Origin: a bacterium
GTDB lineage: Bacteria > Electryoneota > JAOADG01
DNA length: 64,000 bases
NCBI GenBank assembly: GCA_963681965.1
Contig: OY820579.1
Span: 128,001 to 192,000 of the forward strand
Reading direction: 5' to 3'
Shown here: positions 8,194-15,955 of the stretch, piece after piece
Position numbering within the stretch: the stretch's first letter is position 1
How the letters are laid out: each line of letters begins with the position of its first letter
Notes under the pieces: model-generated
The model's database searches: none
The model's input: only the letters and a program-made list of their open reading frames with translations
Told to the model about the DNA's origin: nothing
Made by a program: the position numbers and the translations under genes

Positions 8194-9947
8194 GCGAATA
8201 TCCCCTCGATTTGTGCGTAAATCTGTTGATCGGTGAAATGCCGAGCCTTGATTGCACCTGCGGGACAAGCGGCAACACAAGTACCGCACGACTTGCACAA
8301 AGCAGAATTGACCCGACTGATTTTCAAATCGGGGAAGAACTCGATGGCTGAATAGGGACAGAGATCGTTACAATAACGACAACCACCGCAATTTTCTTCC
8401 ACTACTTCGGCAAATGCCGCATCCATCATGATCTCACCCTGACACATCAGTTTCATCACCTGAGCTGCGGCTGCACCGCCTTGTGCGACAGTGTCGGGAA
8501 TGTCTTTTGGTCCTTGACAAACTCCGGCAAGAAATACACCGTCGGTCGTTGTCGATACCGGTGCAAGTTTCGGATGCGCTTCGATGAACCAGCCATCGGC
8601 ACCAGTCGAAATATTGAATTTGCGACCGGTAGCATAGGCATCTTTACGCGCTTCGAGTGCAGTACAGAGAATGACCATATCGACGGGAATTTCGCGGTAC
8701 TTTCCGAGCAAAGTATCTTCGCAATGAACGATGAGCGGTCCGGAACTATCGGCACGATAGTCCGCCATTGTAACTTCTGCCGCCTTGCCACGGATTACCG
8801 TAACGTTCTCCTCCAGAATTCGTTGATAGAATTCCTCGTAGCCCTTTCCGAAACTCCGGATGTCGATATAGAGTTGATAAACCTCCGCGTTGGTTTTTTC
8901 TTTTACCAAGTGCGAGAATTTGAAAGCATACATACAACAAACCCGGCTACAGTAGCGATGATGCTTCTCGTCGCGACTTCCGATACAATGCAGGATGGCA
9001 ATCGATTGCGGTTCGCGACCATTTTCCATCAGTACTTTTCCACCCGTCGGACCAGCGGCATTGTTCATCAACTCGAATTCTTCGGCACTGATGACATTCG
9101 GTAACTTTCCGTAACCATACTGTTTCATCACAGTCGGATCGAAGCTATCGAAACCGGTAGCAACGACGATAGCACCGACATCGATCGACTCGACTGTTTC
9201 TTTCGCCTCATAATCGATGCATTCCTTGGGACAGACTTGGGCACAGATTCCACAGCCGTCGGTATTGAAATGGATGCAATTATCTTTGACGATGATCGGC
9301 ACATTCGGTACCGCTTGTCGGAATGGAAGTGTAATGGCGGTATTGGGACCGAGAAATAAATCGCGGTGCACCACTTCCTTATGATCCATTTCTTCCAACA
9401 CGATATGACCGGTGGGACAAACCGTGGCACAAGCTCCGCAAAGGATACAATCGTTACTCGTCTCGCCGAACGGCGTTGTGACCGAGCGCCAGATACCGCG
9501 ATCACCGAATGCCAGCGCGTGTGCGCCAACCACTTCATCGCAAACCCGGACGCACAAACCACAAAGAATACAGGTATCGGTTCCATAACCCCATCGCGGT
9601 TCGGTTATTCCCACTTTCGCAGCTAAATCGGTAAGCACTGGAACTGGAGCGCAACGGCTCATCAGCATTTCGAGATTAATGCGGCGACTATTGATCACCC
9701 GAGGTGAATCGGTCGTGATTTCAAGACCTTCCCATGCAGGATAATTGCAGGAAGTAACAATTTTTGTCCACCCTTTTCCATCACCGGCTTCAACAGCACA
9801 AATTCGACATGCGGCATATGGTGTCATATAGGGGTAGTAGCAGAGGGTCGGGATATCGATGTTGAGCTGTCGCGCAGCTTCCAACACAAACGATCCATCT
9901 TCCACTTCGATCGGTTTTCCGTCGATGGTAATATGCACTTTACTCAT
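8190..9947 (-). CDS. hdrA: Fusion protein: NuoG/HydA-N-like [2Fe-2S] plus 2x[4Fe-4S] module joined to the C-terminal half of HdrA
   Basis: N-terminal 'IPTLC..ACRICAVE..SC', 'CILCGLCVRVC', 'CILCGACATVCP'; then HdrA motifs 'GAIVVATG', 'HCIGSRD..YCSRVCCMYAFK', 'HPKLAPV..GVFLAGVCQGPKDI' and a C-terminal 2x[4Fe-4S] domain. Confidence 0.85.
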   Translation of the reverse strand: MSKVHITIDGKPIEVEDGSFVLEAARQLNIDIPTLCYYPYMTPYAACRICAVEAGDGKGWTKIVTSCNYPAWEGLEITTDSPRVINSRRINLEMLMSRCAPVPVLTDLAAKVGITEPRWGYGTDTCILCGLCVRVCDEVVGAHALAFGDRGIWRSVTTPFGETSNDCILCGACATVCPTGHIVLEEMDHKEVVHRDLFLGPNTAITLPFRQAVPNVPIIVKDNCIHFNTDGCGICAQVCPKECIDYEAKETVESIDVGAIVVATGFDSFDPTVMKQYGYGKLPNVISAEEFELMNNAAGPTGGKVLMENGREPQSIAILHCIGSRDEKHHRYCSRVCCMYAFKFSHLVKEKTNAEVYQLYIDIRSFGKGYEEFYQRILEENVTVIRGKAAEVTMADYRADSSGPLIVHCEDTLLGKYREIPVDMVILCTALEARKDAYATGRKFNISTGADGWFIEAHPKLAPVSTTTDGVFLAGVCQGPKDIPDTVAQGGAAAAQVMKLMCQGEIMMDAAFAEVVEENCGGCRYCNDLCPYSAIEFFPDLKISRVNSALCKSCGTCVAACPAGAIKARHFTDQQIYAQIEGIFA

Positions 9948-11977
9948 TTTACCACCTCCTCAGCGATCTTAGGTGCCGGTTTCGGTTTCGGAACAAGTGG
10001 TTTGAATAGCTCGCGGGCACGCTGCTGAACTATATCGCCTTCTCCGCGTTTCACGCGCTTAATGCTGTTAAATTTGCAAACTTGATAACAACCACCGCAC
10101 TGTTCGCATAAATCTTGAACGATCGAATGCAGTTCTTTCGTGTTACCCAGAATTGCATTCGTCGGACAGGCTTTCACACAAACATGACAGCCGGTACAGG
10201 TTTCATTGATGGCATGCGCGACAAGTTTCTTGCAGACACCAGCCGGACAACGTTTATCGCGGATATGCGCGACATATTCCTGCCGGAAGTAGCGGATGGT
10301 TGAAAGCACCGGATTCGGGGCGCTTCCACCTAATTGACACAACGACGTATCGATGATAACCTGCGACAGACGCTCGAGTTCGTCAATATCGCTCATCTCT
10401 CCTTCCCCTTCGGAGATCCGATTGAGGATATTGAGCATTGTTCGCAGCCCTTCCCGACATGGCAGGCATTTTCCGCAACTCTCTTCCTGCAAGAAATTGA
10501 GGAAGTAGCGGGCAACATCGACCATGCAAGAATCTTCGTCCATCACGATCATACCGCCCGAACCCATCATCGATCCAACTTTGGTCAATTCGTCGAAATC
10601 GACGGGAAGATCGAGCAAACTTTCGGCGGCTTCCTCCATGACATCGTCGCCATACGCTTCCATACTTTCGCGAATCTTTTTCTCGGCAGTTTCTACTACC
10701 AGGGTACCACCCGACGGACCACCGGTTTGCACGGCTTTGAATTTCTTTTTACCCAGCACACCACCACCGATATCGTATAAAATCTCGCGTAATGTGATGC
10801 CCATGGGGACTTCTACCAAACCGGTATTGTTCACCTTGCCGGTAAGTGCAAAAACTTTCGTTCCTTTCGAACCTTCAGTGCCGATTTTCGCGTATTCCGA
10901 AGCACCGAGTTCGATGATAATCGGAACATTCGCCCAAGTTTCGACGTTGTTCAAACAAGAGGGTTTATTCCAGAGACCGAATTCAACGGTGTGGATATAC
11001 TTGGCGCGCGGTTCACCCACTTTTCCTTCGAGTGATGCCATAAGTGCGGTTGATTCGCCGCAGACAAACGCGCCACCACCACGCGATACTTCAATATCGA
11101 AACTGAAATCCGACCCGAGAATATTTTTACCCAGCAATCCGTGCGCGCGAGCAGCCGCCAGCGCGATATTCAGATTCGTCACCGCCAACGGGTATTCATT
11201 GCGAACATACACATACCCTTGGATACTTCCGATCGCATACGCTCCGATGATCATTCCTTCGACTACAGAGTGCGGATTCCCTTCCAACAGCGATCGATCC
11301 ATAAAAGCACCGGGATCGCCTTCGTCGGCGTTGCAGATAACATATTTCGGTTCACCTTTGGCGCGACGACAGGTATTCCACTTTTTGGCAGTGAGAAAAC
11401 CACCACCACCGCGACCGCGAAGTCCGGAGATCTTGATTTGTTCGATCACTTCCGGCGGTTGAAAGTCGGTAAGCACTTTCGCCAGTGACTGATATCCACC
11501 CAAAGCGATATAATCTTGAATCGAGGTGGGATCCATTCGACCGTTTTTACCGAAAATCAGTCGCTTCTGTTTTTTATAGAAGGGGATATCGTATTCGTGC
11601 TCGATAACTTTCTTTGTGATTGGATCGTGATACAGCAGTTTACTGACTGTCTTCTCGCCCATCAGTGTTTGTTCGACAATCAATTTGACATCTTCCGGCT
11701 TCACTTTTTGGTAAAATAGACCCAACGGGTGGACAACCATTAGTGGACCACGCTCGCAAAAGCCGTGACAACCGGTTGTTTTCAACTCTACGACTTTATC
11801 CAACCCGGTGTCCGCCAGTTCTTTCCGCAACGCATTGACCACTTTTTGACAACCACAGGCAAGGCAACCGGTACCAGCACAAACCGAAATCATGGTCTTT
11901 CTGCTCTCGCGTATTTTTGCTTCCCGATCGCGCATTTCACATAATTCTTTAGGAGAATTCAAACGCAGGTCACTCAT
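9944..11977 (-). CDS. nuoF: NADH/FMN-binding subunit, HydB/NuoF type, with an N-terminal thioredoxin-like [2Fe-2S] domain and a C-terminal 2x[4Fe-4S] domain
   Basis: 'SGLRGRGGGGF', 'CNADEGDPGAFMDR', 'GAFVCGEST', 'GGPSGG', 'ESCGKCLPCREG', terminal ferredoxin motifs. Confidence 0.9.
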   Translation of the reverse strand: MSDLRLNSPKELCEMRDREAKIRESRKTMISVCAGTGCLACGCQKVVNALRKELADTGLDKVVELKTTGCHGFCERGPLMVVHPLGLFYQKVKPEDVKLIVEQTLMGEKTVSKLLYHDPITKKVIEHEYDIPFYKKQKRLIFGKNGRMDPTSIQDYIALGGYQSLAKVLTDFQPPEVIEQIKISGLRGRGGGGFLTAKKWNTCRRAKGEPKYVICNADEGDPGAFMDRSLLEGNPHSVVEGMIIGAYAIGSIQGYVYVRNEYPLAVTNLNIALAAARAHGLLGKNILGSDFSFDIEVSRGGGAFVCGESTALMASLEGKVGEPRAKYIHTVEFGLWNKPSCLNNVETWANVPIIIELGASEYAKIGTEGSKGTKVFALTGKVNNTGLVEVPMGITLREILYDIGGGVLGKKKFKAVQTGGPSGGTLVVETAEKKIRESMEAYGDDVMEEAAESLLDLPVDFDELTKVGSMMGSGGMIVMDEDSCMVDVARYFLNFLQEESCGKCLPCREGLRTMLNILNRISEGEGEMSDIDELERLSQVIIDTSLCQLGGSAPNPVLSTIRYFRQEYVAHIRDKRCPAGVCKKLVAHAINETCTGCHVCVKACPTNAILGNTKELHSIVQDLCEQCGGCYQVCKFNSIKRVKRGEGDIVQQRARELFKPLVPKPKPAPKIAEEVVK

Positions 11978-12495
11978 ATTTCTTCCTCCTCCTCGTCAAC
12001 TCCCCTTTCCGTTCCTCCTTTTAAATCCGACAACATGCGATCGACCTTGGTAGTGGTCATATTTCCGTAATACTCGCCGTTCGCCGTGATTAGCGGTCCA
12101 AGCGCACAGGCACCGAGACAGTTGACAGTTTCAAAGCTGAATTCAAGATCTTTGGAGGTTTCGCCCGGTTGGATGTGTAGTGCCGATTCCAATTTATCGA
12201 GAATCACGCGAGCACCGCGAACGTGACACGCAGTACCGGTACAAACACAAATGTGATTCTTTCCTTTCGGCTTCAATGAAAATGTCCGATAGAATGTAGC
12301 GACGCCATAGATCTGAGCAATCGGCAGATTCATTTTTTCTGCTACCAGTTGCAACGCTTCCTTCGGTAGATACCGAAAGTGCTTCTGAATATCCTGCATG
12401 ATCATGATCAGCGCTGTCGGTTTGGCTTCGTAGCTTAGTACGATCGATTTAATTTCCTGTTCCAAATCGAATTTGTTATCAAGTGATGGCATCAT
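11974..12495 (-). CDS. nuoE: [2Fe-2S] subunit, NuoE/HydC type
   Basis: 'GVATFY', 'VCTGTACHVRG', 'NCLGACALGP'. Confidence 0.9.
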   Translation of the reverse strand: MMPSLDNKFDLEQEIKSIVLSYEAKPTALIMIMQDIQKHFRYLPKEALQLVAEKMNLPIAQIYGVATFYRTFSLKPKGKNHICVCTGTACHVRGARVILDKLESALHIQPGETSKDLEFSFETVNCLGACALGPLITANGEYYGNMTTTKVDRMLSDLKGGTERGVDEEEEEI

Positions 12496-13466
12496 CGGCT
12501 ACCTCCCTGTGGTATCTGCGATGCTTCCGGCATCGGTTGTGCTCCAGTCAACGTGGTTAAATCGGTATCGGGACCGATTCGATCGCGATGGCGAATCTCC
12601 AGCGCCTTTCCTTCTTTAAAGACTTTTCCACCCATGATCAATCGACGCATCTTCGGTAACGGTCGACTGGGGCACGCTTCATAGCAGGATCCGCAACTAT
12701 TGCACTTTTCAGTATCGACGTACCGGGCTTTTTTGCGAACTTTGATTTCAAAATTTCCGATGTATCCTTTTACTTCATCGACTTCGGACCAAGTCATTAA
12801 TTTGATGCGAGGATGTTTTCCCACTGCGACCATTTTCGGAGTAAGAATACAAGCAGCACAATCGAGTGTCGGAAAAGTCTTATCGAATTGCGACATATGT
12901 CCACCGATCGATGGCTCCCGTTCGACCAGCACAACATCAAATCCGGCATCAGCGATCTGTAGCGACGCTTCAATTCCAGCAATACCGCCACCTACCACCA
13001 TGACACGCTTGGTGATTGCCACCCGGCGCATTTCCAATTCTTCATGGTATTTCACACGCGCGATCGCGGCTTTAATGATTGCATAGGCTTTTTCGGTCGC
13101 GGCAACAGGATCGATCGTCACCCAACTCACCTGTTCGCGAATATTCGCCATCTCGAACAAGTAGCGATTCATCCCGGCAGCTTCGACCGCTTTTCGGAAA
13201 GTCGATTCGTGCATCAGCGGGCTACAGGCAGCGACCACTACGCGGTTCAATTTGTATTCGCGGATATCGGCTTGAATCAATTCCTGCCCCGGATCGGAGC
13301 ACATGAATCGGTAGTGGCGGGCAACAGCGACACTCGGCAGATGCGAACAGCGTTCGGCGATGGCGGCTACATCGACATTTTTCGCGATGTTTGTTCCGCA
13401 ATGGCAGACATATACTCCCACTCGAATCAACGAAGCACCATTTCCATTCGAATGAATATCACTCAT
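12492..13466 (-). CDS. hdrA: Heterodisulfide reductase subunit A, N-terminal half (split hdrA)
   Basis: 'VYVCHCGTNI', 'MCSDPG', 'AACSP', FAD motif 'GGGIAG', 'DKTFPTLDCAACILTPKM'; ends after a single CxxCxxCxxxCP. Confidence 0.88.
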   Translation of the reverse strand: MSDIHSNGNGASLIRVGVYVCHCGTNIAKNVDVAAIAERCSHLPSVAVARHYRFMCSDPGQELIQADIREYKLNRVVVAACSPLMHESTFRKAVEAAGMNRYLFEMANIREQVSWVTIDPVAATEKAYAIIKAAIARVKYHEELEMRRVAITKRVMVVGGGIAGIEASLQIADAGFDVVLVEREPSIGGHMSQFDKTFPTLDCAACILTPKMVAVGKHPRIKLMTWSEVDEVKGYIGNFEIKVRKKARYVDTEKCNSCGSCYEACPSRPLPKMRRLIMGGKVFKEGKALEIRHRDRIGPDTDLTTLTGAQPMPEASQIPQGGSR

Positions 13467-14341
13467 AGCGTACTCGCTTTCTCGAATGGAGTTCGGTATG
13501 TTAGCGGTACAATCATTTTGTTGAGATCCAAATCATCGTCGGAGATACCGAGTGCCATTCCCAACAACTGGCTGAAATAGAGGATGGGAATCGAGTAATT
13601 CGTTTTGTAAGCAGCATTAATTTGCGGTTGATAGGCTTCCAAGTTCATTTCGCAAAGCGGGCATGCTGTAGAAATCACATTCGCATCGTTCTCGATCGCA
13701 GCTTCGATCAGATCCACGCAAAGCTTCAAAGCGATGGTTTCGTCGGTCATCATCAGCATACCGCCGCAGCATTTGACTTTCATCGGATAGTATGTCACTT
13801 CGGCACCAAGCGCGGTTAACAATCGATCCATCGACTGTGGATCATCGACATCGTCGAAATAGCCATTCGGACGAACAATCTGACAGCCGTAGTATGGGGC
13901 GACTTTCAAACCGGTAAGCGGATGCTTCACTCGTTTCTTGATCTCATCGATCCCAACATCGTTGACCAGAATATCGAGCGGGTGTCTCACTAGTGTTTGT
14001 CCATCGTAGTGCAGATTTGCCGCCGATAGCGCTTCGTTGATATGATCGCGCGATGGTGGATCGTTATTGATCTGATGATTGGTTTTGCGTAAAATCGTGT
14101 AGCAACTGCTGCAAGGTGCACAGACATCGAGATGTTCTCGTGCTGCAATAGCAAGATTTCGTGCGCTCAATGCATAGCTGACAATTTTTTTGCTCGACAT
14201 ATACATCGTAGCACCGCAACAGTTCCAATCCTGGATCTCGACTAATTCAACATCCAACGCTTTGAACACTGCTCGGATCGACCGATCATACGGTTTTCCG
14301 GTATATTCCAGACTGCATCCGGGATAATAGGCGTATCGCAT
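13463..14341 (-). CDS. hdrB: Heterodisulfide reductase subunit B
   Basis: Two CCG domains: 'YYPGCS..NCCG..CSSC' and 'YYGCQ..KCCGG..ACPLC'. Confidence 0.92.
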   Translation of the reverse strand: MRYAYYPGCSLEYTGKPYDRSIRAVFKALDVELVEIQDWNCCGATMYMSSKKIVSYALSARNLAIAAREHLDVCAPCSSCYTILRKTNHQINNDPPSRDHINEALSAANLHYDGQTLVRHPLDILVNDVGIDEIKKRVKHPLTGLKVAPYYGCQIVRPNGYFDDVDDPQSMDRLLTALGAEVTYYPMKVKCCGGMLMMTDETIALKLCVDLIEAAIENDANVISTACPLCEMNLEAYQPQINAAYKTNYSIPILYFSQLLGMALGISDDDLDLNKMIVPLTYRTPFEKASTL

Positions 14342-14928
14342 CAGGAATCTCCTGTCTTCTCTGCACGATCGATGATCGCACGTACATCGTCGATTTGTTT
14401 CACCGGTTTCGGTACAATACCCAACCGACCGCGACTCATCATCTTTAAACCAAATCCAGTGCTTTTGACGAGTTGCATTGGGTTCGCACGCAAGTAGTAA
14501 CGGATTCCCAATCCCATTTCATAATTGCGACCGTACCGTTTCACGTTATCCGTAAAACTCTTTGCGAGCACATTCACCGGAAAATCTTTCGGAAAGATTT
14601 CATGCTCCATCGCCAAGCGTTTTAACGCATATAGCGTATCAGTGACTCTGATACCGACTGGACAACGCACCGTGCAAGCATAACAGGATGCACAAATCCA
14701 GATTGCCCGGCTATGGAGAATTTCTTCGAGCATCCCTGCTCGAAACAACGCCACGATGTCGCGCGGTGTTCGGTCCATCGCATACGACACGGGACAACTA
14801 CCCGTACAGGTTCCACATTGAAGGCAATTCTTGATTTTATGACCTTCGGGAAAACTGTTGACGTGTTGCCAGAATGCCGTACGCAAAGCAGCTTCTTTGG
14901 TAGAAATTGAATCCATTACTACTCCCAC
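14341..14928 (-). CDS. hdrC: Heterodisulfide reductase subunit C
   Basis: 'CLQCGTCTGSCP' and 'WICASCYACTVRCP' 2x[4Fe-4S] motifs; directly upstream of hdrB. Confidence 0.9.
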   Translation of the reverse strand: MGVVMDSISTKEAALRTAFWQHVNSFPEGHKIKNCLQCGTCTGSCPVSYAMDRTPRDIVALFRAGMLEEILHSRAIWICASCYACTVRCPVGIRVTDTLYALKRLAMEHEIFPKDFPVNVLAKSFTDNVKRYGRNYEMGLGIRYYLRANPMQLVKSTGFGLKMMSRGRLGIVPKPVKQIDDVRAIIDRAEKTGDS

Positions 14929-15218
14929 TTGAGTGAAGGAGAATCGTTCAAGCTTTTTCGGAATCCGAAAAGACGCTAAAACTCGAAATAATGAAACATT
15001 CGGAATGGTGTAAAAAAGTATTTAAGACCAATGGTTCGACAGGTATCGCGATAATAATTTGCGGTTTGATCGAATCGACATAGTCAATTCTCATTACCTG
15101 CGAAATAAGTGAGATCAATAGGTGTGATGGACATTTTGTCCGATTTGCGCGAGCGAGTGAGAAAATTGGGGACGCAACCCGGCAAAATGTTAGTTAGTGT
15201 TCCAATACTCGGATCGAA

Positions 15219-15477
15219 ATGATAAATAATTCACAATCTTAAAAACAGTCCTGCCAGCGATACAATGCAAGTTAATCTCTTATGTTATCTTATTGAGTTG
15301 TATTAAATGCTAAATAACAATACGATACATTAGTTACCCCGTAATTTATCGGGAATCGATTCAATCTCCAAGGCAAAATTGAAAATGTAAAATATTTCAC
15401 GATCATTTTTTCAAATTTGATGCAAACACCTGCAAACAAACAAGAGACGAGTTAGCAATATGTTACATTATTCACAT
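15219..15477. promoter_or_regulatory. Three Rex-like operator boxes (15219-15236, 15385-15402, 15460-15477)
   Basis: ATGATAAATAATTCACAA, ATGTAAAATATTTCACGA and ATGTTACATTATTCACAT resemble the Rex consensus TTGTGAAnnnnTTCACAA; upstream of an operon with an NADH module. Confidence 0.45.
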
Positions 15478-15955
15478 AATATTCCTATTTACAGTATATT
15501 CAACAAGATAGGCATAATTTTATAATTTATGGCGGGTTACTTGCAAGAAATTGACTCGGACTCTCTCTGCGAGGTTTGATTTAAATCATCATTTGATCCA
15601 TTCACTCGAAGAATCGCTTTTTATTGTCAATTCTTGTCAAGCATTTTGGAAAATACTTCCCGGTTCAGGTGTTGATATCATCAGCCAATTACTCAAACTA
15701 TCCCTAAAAATCGTCATCGTATTATAAGTTATAAAAATACAATTACAGTTAATTGTAATATATTCGCATATCGATACACTTAGCGATTGCGAACAGGTGG
15801 TTTCAAAAAAACAGAAAAAATCGGTTTCGAATGTAATCGTATTGCTAGTTTTTTCGATTCGGGGTATCTTCGCAGTGTCGAACCATTTTCTCCCTTTTAT
15901 ACTTTTGAATTCTAGTTGTTCGTCACTGATTCATACTCGCCTACGGGAGGACATC

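Noticed and set aside
10524-11462. 312-aa plus-strand ORF
   Set aside because: Antisense shadow of nuoF/hydB
5251-13466. Selenocysteine recoding in Mvh/Hdr subunits, or readthrough explaining the split hdrA
   Set aside because: The usual Sec positions are Cys codons; the TGA stops overlap downstream starts (ATGA/TTGA), and two whole genes separate the hdrA halves
15150-15190. GAAA...GGGACGCAA resembling a c-di-GMP-I riboswitch
   Set aside because: The upstream GGCAAA/P2 stem and downstream P3 elements cannot be found, and it is far from a start codon
15797-15955. Longer N-terminal extensions given by the ORF track (also for mvhD, the protease, grpE, ftsX, the phosphohexomutase and the 2987-aa ORF)
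   Set aside because: Downstream starts have an RBS, a signal peptide or stop/start coupling, and the extensions overlap neighbouring genes or look non-coding
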